NCBI GenBank assembly: GCA_001600695.1
Contig: BCKQ01000001.1
Coordinates: 1,418,826 to 1,482,825, forward strand
From: Ascoidea asiatica JCM 7603
Taxonomy: Eukaryota > Fungi > Ascomycota
Length of the DNA: 64,000 nucleotides
Direction: 5' to 3'
In this document: one piece after another, positions 21,441-33,580 of the stretch
How positions within the stretch are numbered: the stretch's first letter is position 1
Layout of the letters: every line of letters starts with the position of its first letter
Made by a program: the position numbers and the translations under genes
Notes under the pieces: generated by a model
The model's input: only the letters and a program-made list of their open reading frames with translations
The model's database searches: none
What the model was told of the DNA's origin: nothing

Positions 21441-24400
21441 GTTATTAAAACAACCCAGAATAATAAGACTACTTTGGATTTAAGCCAATTTCCTTTAAAA
21501 ATTACCCTTTTTTGGAGTATTAGAGGAGATTACCACATAATGTTTCAACTTTTTTATCCACTTATCTTAAAATTTGGTATATTTATTCTTATATGATAAT
21601 CGAATGTTAAATAACTTGAAGAAAAGTGGTTTTTGTGGCAATAATCAAAACTAGTTTTGAAATTCTTTTCAAACTTTAGGTAATTCAATTTCAAGAAATA
21701 AGAAAAGTGCTCTTGATTCAATAAAAGCATAGTGGTTTTTATGAGCGTTATTTTTTGAAAAGTTATTGATTGGAGATTCACCCATTTACGTATTTAGCAG
21801 AATTTGAACTACTATTAAAATAAAGTATGAAATTGAAACTTCGAGTTTTAAATCTACATTGATATTATATGTAATAGAAATATTTCTGTTATAATTCTTT
21901 TTTGACTCCTTTTATCTTTGTGACCTAAATTCATATTTATTCTTCTTTAACTTAAATTGAATTTTTTTTCCAAAATACGTTTCTGTTATTTTTGAAAAGT
22001 TAGTTTCTCAAACTAATCTTATACTTTTGGATATATCAAAACTTGGTACTCTTTGATAACATTTTTAATCTTTTATTTTGTTGATATGGCTTAGTTGAAG
22101 TTGAATTTCTTTTTCTTTCCCAGACTTCAACAACCCAAAAAATAAAAGGATTTACATTTTCATGATGTCAATAAATGGTCATTTCTGAAATCGGAATTTA
22201 AGATTCTCAGATTTCTGCAGATCTCGTCTGCAGAGATTAGGTTTTGGTATAGAAGGCTTCCGTGCATTAAAATAATGCATAGAATACTTCCATGCATGTA
22301 CACACAGTAGTGGCTGTTTCCATATTGAATATTCGAAAATGAAACGTGGAATGGAAGGTTACAAAAAAAACAAGAATTTGGTAAAGATAATCAATTTCCA
22401 AAAACAAACAATTTTAGAATTCAATTCGCGATATAAAAATTAAAAATACAAAGTTATTCATCGAAAATCATTTTTATATCAAATAGATTATTTATTTCGA
22501 TAGGGAAACCTGATATTTATTCCAATTCGCTAAATTTTCTAAATACATAGTGACGTTCGATAACAACATACCTTTTAACAATTAGTGAAATATTAGGTTA
22601 TGATTAGATGATTTGAAAATAGTGTTAGTAGAAAAAGTTCTTACTAAAAAATCTTTTATTATAACTTACAAAAGGTTATTTCCTAAATAATATTTTCAGG
22701 GAAGAAATGGAGTGGCTTCAATGAGTTTTTTTTTAATTCGGTATCTTCAAAAGCAGCTATTCGTTATTGGTTTCAACTTTTATCTGAAGAAGCTAGTTGT
22801 CCTGGGATAGATTTGTTGTTTATATTCAATTGGTTTTCAAATATGTTAAATTTTTAATGAATTAAAAAAATGGTTTTTAGATTGTACCCACTACTAGAAT
22901 TCTATAATTATAATTGATGGTAGTTGTTGTAACGATTTAGTAAAAATTTTAACTTTATCAATATTTTCTATAATAAAAAAATATATTTTGAACCACTTTT
23001 TCTTCTTTGGTATCTTTTTTGAATATTCATTTCCCTTTGGGGTTCAAATTTAAATTCAACCAAGAAATTATTCACTTTTTTAAACTAGAAAATCAAATAA
23101 GAACTTTTGATTTTTGATACATTTGGGCGTATAGTACCTTTTTTAAAAAGTTAACTCTCATAATGTTATTCAATTATTTAACGAAATGAGGGGAATTGAA
23201 TTATATTTCCACGAAAAAAAAAAAAAATAGATATTTTCTTTATTTATTATTCATTAAAATTATCTTTGAGGTACAAAAAATTTATCAACTCCGAGAATAT
23301 TGGTAATTCAGTTTGTTTTAAAAAATAATTTTCTTATAATATTTTATAAAAAACTTGGATTTAAAACCTGTTTTAGAAAACAAAACAACTAATTGTAACA
23401 ATATTGTTGCAAAATCTTCTAAAAACAAAAATATATAAGAAAATCTTTTTCTAATAAATGAAGTAATAAGTGACGAGAATAAATAAAATCAAAAATTTTA
23501 AGAATTTAAAGAACTCTAAAGCATCTATTACTAGTATAAAATAATTATAGAAAAAGTATTATAGTAAAGTACAATATTATTAGAAACGTGAAAAAAAAAA
23601 AGTTAACTTGCCAAATATTCGATGTTTTTTTTGCATGTATCCTGCATCGTTCAGTTTTGCAAAAAAAGTACAACCAAATCCAAAACTATTTGTAAAGTTC
23701 ACTTTCAAATAAAATATTTTGGCCTGAAAAGGAACAATAGTAATGATAGAATAAATGTTCCCAATATATTAATCAAAAATATATATTTCATACGTCTCAA
23801 TTGGTAAAATCTTTGTTATTGTTCAAAAGAACCATATTACAATTATTATTATTCATAATTTTTGCTAAGAAATAGTGTTTTTAAGACAATTCTGAGTATT
23901 TGTATTAATAGTGATATTTTCACAGTTTTTGTAAATTTTTGTTCCGAAAACTTGGAGGTGAAAAAGTCTTTGCAAAGGTCAGAACACATCCAAAGCTACT
24001 CCTCAAAGAGGCTCAATTTGCAAATTAAGGCATTCGTAATTGAGATTTCACTGAATTCACTGCCAAAGTCCACAAATCACAAGTCAGGCTTGTCTTCTTT
24101 GGGACGGAAACAAAATAACGGGACAGACCAGCTCACCTGAAGTCAGGGTAACCAGAATTCAGTCCAGGAAGCTAGTGTCAAAGTTAATGTTAAGTTAACT
24201 TTTGTTTTTAAACAAATGTTGGTTACTTACACAACCTGGGTTACTGGGGTAGTCAGTCTGCATTACATAGAAGTGCATTTACACCGGTTTTAGGCAGTGC
24301 ATCACTTCTAACATAACGTTAACACATAGGGGTCAACGTACTGGAGGAGAGATAAAAAAAGCATCCACGCTCTTAGGCTCGTGGTTGGCTTCCATGAACA

Positions 24401-25620
24401 TTCGCAGACGTGGAGAATCTTTAAACACTTACAGACGTGGAGAAACCAGATTGTGCAGTGCTCTGCAAAGGTGGTGGGTGTAGCAAAAACTTATTATTTC
24501 GTATAGCCTGCAGTACTTCTGTGTATAGTTCTGAATTGAACTGTATTTATATGTTTTATTATGTGCTATACTGTATCTTCATATGCCATTACATTATCTA
24601 AGGTACTGTACTGTATAATTAACAATTCAATACAATTATAACTTATTGGTATGACAATACCACTTTGTTAAATACCTTCAAAAACAACATTAATTGAGGT
24701 AACCTGAATACTATGGTAGACAAGAAATGATAACAATCAAATTCATGAAAACATGTTACTCTTGTAAAGTTATTCACTTTCATTATCGAAAAGAATCACT
24801 ATTTCATCAAAATCACTCGAAGGAAAGAATATTGTATGTGGAAAGCTTAAAAAGGTTTAATTTTTCAAAAAAAAAAAAATCTGACAACATATAAATATGA
24901 ATAGTCTGCTTAAGAGAATATTCAGGATTTAAGAGCATAAATTTAGAGGAAAAGGCCTGAACAATGAATCCTTAATCGAATAAAGAAAATTTGGGGAAGC
25001 GATTCGTAGTGATTGTTTTCTTTCAAATTAGAATCAAATAATTGATAATAACGAAGTTATAACAAAGGTATGGTGATTCTAGATTGAAATAATGAATATT
25101 TTCTAAAGATTTCAAAAAAAAATAACAAGATATTTTATTCTTTTGCTTCTTAGAAAATTTTTGTTCCTTTTTTTTTTTAAGTGAATGGATCTCTTTTCAA
25201 AATTGAAAAAAAAACTATATCAAAATTATTGAAAAAAATTTTCCAGTAAATTTCTCCATTGATTCAAATATGATGGCGATATAAAAGAGGCTGTGATATG
25301 GGGAGATAAAAATTATATTTCTGGTTGAAAAGTAGATTATTTATCTTTGTATAATCTTAATAGGTTCAATAATTACCTTTTTTTATTAATTCTCCTCAGA
25401 AATATTTTCACTTGACATGAATAAACATTATTTATGAACTGATATTTATTCAAACAAATTTTTGTGGTTCAATCTACTTTTAAAATCAATTAACTTTAAA
25501 TCAAAAAAAAGAAATATTTATTATCAGTTGAAGGTGATCACAACGGGGCTTGTAGTCTTTAGATTTAGTTAAAGGGTTTTGCGAAAAATTTATTCAATTA
25601 ATGTTTTTCAAATTATCCTT

Positions 25621-25730
25621 AAAACTATTCTTGTAACTATTGTTATAACTATTGTTAAAAGTATTCCTGTAACTGCTGTTAAAACCGTTACTTAGACTGT
25701 TATAAAAACTGTTATTAAAACAGCTGTTTA
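25621..25730. repeat. Degenerate 12-bp tandem repeat (consensus near AACTATTGTTAT)
   Basis: About 9 imperfect units; the minus strand reads NNSF/NNSY-type tetrapeptides. Confidence 0.65.
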
Positions 25731-28700
25731 ATCTGATTTTGATTCAGAATCGAATAAGATAAGGGTTAAACGTTATGTAACAGATTTTTTTTTTCAAACA
25801 CAGCTCATTTTATATATCTATTGGGTGATATATTTTTGATTATGATGTGAATTTTATTAATTAACTCCTTAATGTTTTTAATAATTGTTTTATATGTTTT
25901 AAATTCTCTACTGTTATCGGTAGCCTGGAAGCGTTATAATAATACTGTTTTTCATGGGCTGAATATAATTATGTATCTAGATAACGATCCTTCTTTTGTT
26001 TGAATTTATTTTCTTATATTGAGAGTACTATTGTTGTATTAGTAATACTAATAATAGTAATTATACGTTATAAATGGTTGTAAAAAGATGTTGCAAAGTA
26101 AAGCTACAGAAATATTCAATTGAATCTTTCTTTGGAAGTAAGAAAATTATGCCCAATGATTTTTAGTTACAATAAAAATTCTAAAACCTCCTAAATTTTC
26201 AAAATTTTCTAAACCATTATTCAATATAAGGAATAATAGTAGTTATAATAAAATAATATAGTAATATAATACTTTTTTGAGAAAAAAGTAGTGAAGTTAG
26301 GGCAGTATTAAAACATAAAAAGACTCAAAGGTATTTTTTTTGCCTCAATAAAAAATAATTATTTTATTCTAATACTTTTTCAATACGAATTTACTTCAAT
26401 TTTTGAAAAATAGTATGCTAAACATGCAACGTGTGACCTCGCCTTTAATTAAGTTTATTACTGATAATTTTCATAATCATCTTGATAATTATTTTCATAA
26501 TTTATTTATTATCCTGATTTTTTCAAATAATATTAATAATAATAATGATGTTTTACACAAAGAAAAAAAATAAACGATAAAATTATTTACTATATTAAAA
26601 TCCAAACATAACTTATTCAAATGATAATTTTCCAGAGTAAATATAATTTGAAGTTATGGATTTTTATAAGGTTAAATAAAACTTATAATTTGATACTAAA
26701 TTTATTTTACAAAAAACTATTTTTTAATATTTTAATAATGAACCCTAGTCAAATAAATAGTTTAGTTATCAAAAAGTATTAGATAACTTATTCTAGTTAG
26801 GAGAATATCCATAAAGAGGTTATAAACTGAAAAAACTAAAGTAAAATTAACCGAGAATATTAGATATTAAAACTAATATATTTATGACTCTGAAAAGAAA
26901 CTAATAATCTACAATAACTTTATTAGTCTTATTGATATTAAATTAGATATGTAATTGCTATTCCATTATTTCCAAAGGATTTTTATTTTCTTTTTCATGA
27001 TTTTTCCTGTGAATAAATGACAAACATATATTTTGTGTTTCTGTTTTAAAGAATTCAAAAATGTTTTTTTTTTCAATTATTATAAAAGCATGATAAACAA
27101 AATCTTGAATATAATGCTTTAGAAAAGCTTCAATAATTCGGTTTGTTAACAGAACTTTGATAACTAAAAACTATAAGATTTTTGAGGTTTTTAAGAATGT
27201 TAAAGACAAAATAAAAAACCTTTTAGATTATCATAAAATCACAAGATTTGTTATTTATCTATATATTAGCATACATAGAAAGATTGAAATAAATAACTAA
27301 GCACTAAGCAAACCTACGAAAGTGTTAAATTAAAATAAACAGCCAGCTTTTGAATAAAAATGAATGCTCATTATCCAAGGTCAATTCACCACCCAATTCA
27401 GTTCTATTTATCATTTTGATTCAGCTCAAAACACACCTTTTTTTCAATCCGACACAGACTAGATTTGTTGGCTTTGGAATCCTCAGAGGTTTAGAGCAAA
27501 ACAACCTTTGGGTGGTGGTCTGGGTGTGGGCAATATTTCAATATTTTGGGACTACAATTGAGTCTAAAATAGATCCGAGAACAGTGCAGAGCTCGGTGTA
27601 TTATGTAAGCAAGCCTGGAATAATGGAACCTCTGCGTGCCCCCAAGGAAATCTGGCTAGGCTGTTTGAGGGCGCTTGTGGAGGCAAACATGCAGATAGCC
27701 AGCATCTCTACGTGTACACCACTGACAAAAAAGTAAAGTAATCAAACATGCTTCGCCGAAGAATTGTAAAACCAAGTCTAATTTTGCCGATCATCTCCGG
27801 GAATTATGTTTTTCCGTTCAATGTTAGAATTTACCAAAAACATCCCGTGGGCGTCACTGGTACTTGAACTCTAATGGCATTTGGTTCACTGTCGGGATTT
27901 GACTACGGTAAATAACCTATTATGGTATATTTTTAGGGTAAGCTTGTTGGTAATATAGGACAGTAGCTATCCTGGAATTATTTTCCTAGCTTTTTCAGCA
28001 ATATTATTTATTATTATTATTATATGATAATTTTATAGAAAGCAAACAAAATGAAAAGAAGTTTCAAAATCATTTGATTTGGTATAGTGGAAATTATAAT
28101 ATTGGACTTCTGTTGAGTGTTATCTTGATACAATCGTGAGATCTAAAAGGCCTTAGAATTAATTTATTCGATTCTTTTGTTTAATATTGCAGCAAAGTTT
28201 GAAACTTTTATTAAGACAGGTACTTAATTTTCCCCTGTATATTTGTAGTGTGTGTAGTGTAACTTACTATATTTCAATCTATACAGTTGCGGAGATTAAG
28301 AAATATCAAAATATATTAGCCTAGAAAAAAAAGATAAGATTATCTCTCTACAACTAGTACGAGTAGTTTAGTCACAATTAAAAAGTTAAAGGGCATATTT
28401 GTATCAAAAGTGAGATTTTTTGTAAAGTAAATTGAACAAAAGTCAGTATTCCAGTACTATTCAATCTTTTTTCTATTCCATATTTGAATAATGAAAACTT
28501 CTCGTAAAACTAGTTTTTTGTTCTAAAAGAAAAAAAATAGAATACTACTACTATCTTGAAAAGACATTTTAATTAAACTATTAGCAGGGCTCATTTTTCA
28601 AAGGCTTTGACAAAATAGACAAAGTATTAAAAGGATTAATTAAAACAACGATAGTTAAATTTGAAAGGTACTAAAGAACGCAATAAAATTCAGTTATGTT

Positions 28701-30919
28701 TTTCAGTGTAAAATGTTTGTCATTTTTTTTTTTTTTGGCTTTGGTGTAGATGAAAAAAATTATTGACCAATATTATTACGGTAAAAATTCTGTGGTATTT
28801 ATTGATTTTAGTTTACTCGGGATACCATTTTCAAACTATGCAGACACTGTTATATTCTGATACGTTCTTTTAAATTGAAATCAAATTACTGCTTGAATCT
28901 TATAATTGATAAAAAAAAAAAATATCCATTACCTAAGATTTTATTATTCATATATTATTATTCATCAATACTATAAAACACTATCATATCTTTTCTAATT
29001 AGCACTAAACATTTCTTTTGTATTATACTCTTACCCTGATTAAGCTTAAATGAGGAGAGGTTGACTTTAATTTAAATCTTTTTTTTTTTTTTTGGCCGAA
29101 TTTGAATAATGTTATCCTAACAAAGCAGCTAGGCTCTTTCGGATCAATTGAGAAGTAAAACGTAAAAAATAACGTTAACGTTAATTTTCATCACGCAGTA
29201 AAACAAACGCGTTCAAAATAAAAATTAGTCTTTAAGAAATTGTTCTCTTGCCGATTTTTTCTTCCAAATAAATTCATTAGAACGGCATATTCCGTTCTTA
29301 GAAGCGTTGCAATCTTTGAGCATTTGTGAAAGTGAATACTTTTTAAATTTCATTTCCCAAAATCGAGAAACCTTATCAGGGTCGTTCACATAAAGTACTA
29401 TATTGTATACTTATAGATTTACAGTGGGTAAATAGCAAAAATGTATGAGCAACTTCATATCTTGAATCTTGGAATAAGATTCTTTCTCTTGTACTGTGGT
29501 TTTACGTGTATACAACTTAGCCATGAAAATAAACAAAAAAGAACTAGTCTGCTATTCGCCTGTGCAATCAAAACATATGCAAAAATATGCTTACAAAGCT
29601 TTATTCACAGTATACTGCTGCACAACTGTGCAAAAGAGAAAACTCACCATGTACAAAAAACTATGTTTAATTAGAAAATTCTCCATCCAAATAAAAACTT
29701 GCACAAAGTTATTCATTTTATTACCGTGTACAAACTTTACCATCACCATATCCACACGTTCGTACACTGTTAACTTCCTTTTTTTTTTTTCTTTACTCTT
29801 TTCTTCTACTGAATGAATGTGGATGTGTACAAAATAGATTTTTGCAGTTTGAAACCGGAGAATACAGACAGCAGGAAAGCTGGACCTGTATAAAAGATGT
29901 CATTGGCAAAAATCCGTAGAAAACTTTCTTGTAACCTCAACAAAAATATATCGCAGAACTTGTGGACATCTACAAATACATAACTTTACATTAAATAAAC
30001 CTAATTAAAAACAAATCTCACACAAACAAACAAAAAGATAGAAGATAATGTATGAAGTGTACACACTTCCAAACACACTTTTGCGCAGAGCCAAATAGAA
30101 CAAATTTGAAAAAAGGGGCTTTGATTATCAAAAAGTATGTTTTTATTAAGTTAAGCTAGTTGCAACTCTAAACAAACCTAGCGATTTATTTTGGGTTACT
30201 ATCAATATTGTTGTTACATACTACTACGAATAGTACACTACACAACACTAGTAGTAATAATGATATCAAGATTCAGTATTAAAAAAACTACATAATATAC
30301 TAAATTTATGAGATAATTATTAAATTACAATTTAAAATACATACTTCTTGTGGTATACGTATGCACGTAAACTAAATATTAATTAATAAGTATTTAATAT
30401 CAATATAATATTATTTATGAGAGAATAACTTTTGGTATTATTCTGCAAGACCACGCACCGAAGAAACTTTCGCTAGATTCTATACTTTTACTGCTTGTAA
30501 CTTCGCAAATTGTTATTACTATTACTATTGCTTGAGTGGTAACTAAGCAATAAATTAGTAGAAATCTTCTTCCCTGCCATACGCGCAAAGCAAAAACACT
30601 CTCATTTTTAAAAAAATTGATCTCAATTATGAGCAAACAGTTTGAATATAAAAAACCTTGTTTTCCTCTCGAATTATTCTATTATTCTTTTTTTTGTTTT
30701 TTTATTATTTTTTATTATTTGGTTAATCAATTAATTTATTCAAATATAAATTATTATACAATTATAAATACTCTCTATATTAAGCATATTTTCAAATTAT
30801 ATTTTTTTCATTTTATATCATTATACTTTTTTTTCCTTATTATATATTCTATTTTTCAAAATTTCCTTATAAATATTCAACTTTATAAATTAGCTATATT
30901 ATACATTTTATAAAATCAA

Positions 30920-32767
30920 ATGCTGCAATTTTCTTCTTCAAATATTCCTCCATTTTTCGATTTTGATAATATGAATATAAATAACATGAGTTTAAACAAT
31001 TTCAATAATATAAATGGTGTTAATAATTTAAGGGTAAATACTCCAACTTTAAATTATGAGTCAATTAATTCTCCAAATCCTTCAGTTTCAACCAATACAA
31101 ATCAAAATTCAGATAATTTGAACATGAATTTAAATTTTGATCAATTTATAAAATCTGAACCTTGTAATACTCCTCCACTTCCTCCAAATCAAATGAATTC
31201 ATTATTAAATCCAAATATCTTTAATAATCAAATCAATAATCAACTTTTATTTCAAAATATTTCAAATGAACAATTTTCAAATTCTAATTATAATATGAAT
31301 GATGATAATAATAACAATAATAATAATAATAATAGTTTACTTAATCTTAACTTGAATGCTCAAGATGCTAAAAATCAATATATTAATATGATTGGTTTAC
31401 AACAACTTCAATCTCAATCACACCAACAACAACAACATTCACAACCTCCATTATTCAATTTAAACAATCAATTATTTCCACATTCAAATCAATCTTTATT
31501 ATATGGAGATTTTTTCATTTCACAACAATATCTTCATAATTCAGATCATTCTGATTTTGCTACAAGTACAACTTTAAATAATTTCTCTGATTTTCCAACT
31601 TCTCCTGCTTTAGATGATACAATTTCAACTAGAAGAACTAGCATTATCAGTGAACCTTCAACTATGTCAAGTATGCTGGGTTCTCCATTTTCTGTTTCTT
31701 CAAATGCTACTGCTATTACTGATATGAATATTACTCCTTATACTCATACTCCACAAAATAAATTATTTTTAGATCCTAATGTACAATTTCCTACAAATAA
31801 TTTCAATATTAATAATTATAATCTTAATCATAATATTAATCCAAATCTTAATCATAATCTTTTAAATATTAATTCAATTCAACAAAATGATCATACTCCA
31901 CTTATGAGTAAATATCCTTCAAGTAAATTTAGAGTTGTAAGAGGTGTTAGTTCTGGTGGTAGTGCAACAAGACCTCCAAGAAGTTCAAGAAGTCATTCTC
32001 ATGTTCGTTATATTCCAGTTTCATTAAATTTAGAAAATATTTCTGTTAAATCTTTATGTAATCCAGATTGGAATAAAGAAGAAAAACTTGATCAAAGAAG
32101 AATTATTAGAATTGAAAGAAGACAAAGTGGTTCAAAAATAACGGCAACTTTTTCAATTGTTGGATCTGCTAAAGAAAATCCAAAACCTAAACCCGCTTCA
32201 AGTGATTGTGAAGTTTTAGAAATTAGTTGTCTTGAATCTTTTAGTGATATAGATAATGGTAATAGTGCTGAAGGTAAAAAGAAAGCATATTATATTACTA
32301 GTGTTGAAGTTATTAAAATTGTTGAATTATTAATTAGTACTGAATTAAGTGATGCTGCTGAAAAAAGACGTGAAAGAGGTAGAATAAGATCTAATTTAGT
32401 ACCATTTTGGTCAAAAAAAATCTCAACAAGACCAACATCAAGATATACATCTCCAAATTGTAATTCTTCAAGTTCTGCTTCTAATTCAAGTTCAAGTTTA
32501 AGTCCAAAAGTGAAATGTAAAGAAGAATCTCCTGAAAGTTCAGGAATAAATTCAAGATCAAGTTCACCGATTTCAAGTTCAACAAAACCAATTGAAGAAT
32601 ATAAAGTTCTTTTAGCTAAAAGAATTATGGGATATGAAATTAGAAAACCAAGAGGTTTTGATAAAGAAGTTAGAATTTTACAATGGGAAAATCTTGAATT
32701 AGGTTTAAAAAGAGCATTACAAAGTTATTATGTTGAAATACCTTATAGTGAAAATATCAATTTTTAA
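30920..32767 (+). CDS. Medusa/MedA-like fungal developmental regulator (N/Q-rich N-terminus, conserved C-terminal domain)
   Basis: W..EE....RRIIRIERRQSGSKITATF, ISC, YYITSVEVIKIVELL, E..RERGRIRSNL, IMGYEIRKPRGFDKEVRILQWENLELGLKRALQSY. These parallel, in order, the MedA motifs as I recall them: W..EE...RRRIV.F.RSQSGS, ISCI, CYVTSVDTI.LLE.L, EEKNRIRRNL, IMAF..PKPRNIEKDVKVFPW..L..ALKKII.KY. Confidence 0.78.
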   Translation: MLQFSSSNIPPFFDFDNMNINNMSLNNFNNINGVNNLRVNTPTLNYESINSPNPSVSTNTNQNSDNLNMNLNFDQFIKSEPCNTPPLPPNQMNSLLNPNIFNNQINNQLLFQNISNEQFSNSNYNMNDDNNNNNNNNNSLLNLNLNAQDAKNQYINMIGLQQLQSQSHQQQQHSQPPLFNLNNQLFPHSNQSLLYGDFFISQQYLHNSDHSDFATSTTLNNFSDFPTSPALDDTISTRRTSIISEPSTMSSMLGSPFSVSSNATAITDMNITPYTHTPQNKLFLDPNVQFPTNNFNINNYNLNHNINPNLNHNLLNINSIQQNDHTPLMSKYPSSKFRVVRGVSSGGSATRPPRSSRSHSHVRYIPVSLNLENISVKSLCNPDWNKEEKLDQRRIIRIERRQSGSKITATFSIVGSAKENPKPKPASSDCEVLEISCLESFSDIDNGNSAEGKKKAYYITSVEVIKIVELLISTELSDAAEKRRERGRIRSNLVPFWSKKISTRPTSRYTSPNCNSSSSASNSSSSLSPKVKCKEESPESSGINSRSSSPISSSTKPIEEYKVLLAKRIMGYEIRKPRGFDKEVRILQWENLELGLKRALQSYYVEIPYSENINF

Positions 32768-33528
32768 ATTTTTAAATTTTTGTTTATATATAATTTATTA
32801 TTTTTTTTAAAAATTTTTTTTGTTTATTAATGCTGTGTTTATTGTGAATATTCTTTATTCTATACATTTTTATTTGTTTATTGCTTGCTAAATTTTTTAA
32901 TTATAGTATCATCACATTCTTTCCTTTAAAGTTAATTGTTAATTCCCTTGTTATTTTATTTACACTAGTTTTCATTTCAGTGCGTTTTTTTTTTCAATTT
33001 TATTTTTTAGTGTTTTTTTTTTTGTTTTCGTTATTATTATTTTTCAAAAAAATAAAAAAAAATTTATGTATTATAGAAAATAATTATAAATAATTTAATC
33101 AATACATTAATTATATTTATTAGTCAATCATTCAATCTATTATGTAATTACTTGTATTCAATTCGGTTTTTTGTTTGAAAATACTTGAGAGGGAATTGAA
33201 AAAAAAAAAAATTAAATGAATCTGGCCGCCATAATTGGGTTGAGTTGTTAAGTACTTGTATTGAGTAATAATACTTCTGACTATTGAGGATCTGCGAAAA
33301 GAATCAATTGAAATTGATATTATGTGTTAAGAAGGTATTAATGATGAGCAAGAAGAAAATACCTTTATGAAATTATTATCAGTGGTCAATAATTAATAAT
33401 ATTTCAAAATGAGTAGAAGTATTAAAGTATCTTAAAAGGAAGATAAATTGTGAAAATGTGCAAGATGAGAGGAATTTAAACTAAATTACGATACGAGTTA
33501 ACAAACCAGGAAGAAATCAGAAAAAAAG

Positions 33529-33580
33529 AGATGAAAAAAGATGAAAAAAGATGAAAAGAGATGAAAAGAGATGGAAAAAG
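33529..33580. repeat. 10-bp tandem repeat (AGATGAAAAR) x5
   Basis: Read directly from the sequence. Confidence 0.8.

Noticed and set aside
21440-30900. Centromere or LTR element as the explanation for the gene desert
   Set aside because: No CDEI-II-III arrangement, long flanking inverted repeats, LTR pair or RT/integrase remnants seen. An epigenetic regional centromere cannot be excluded from sequence alone.
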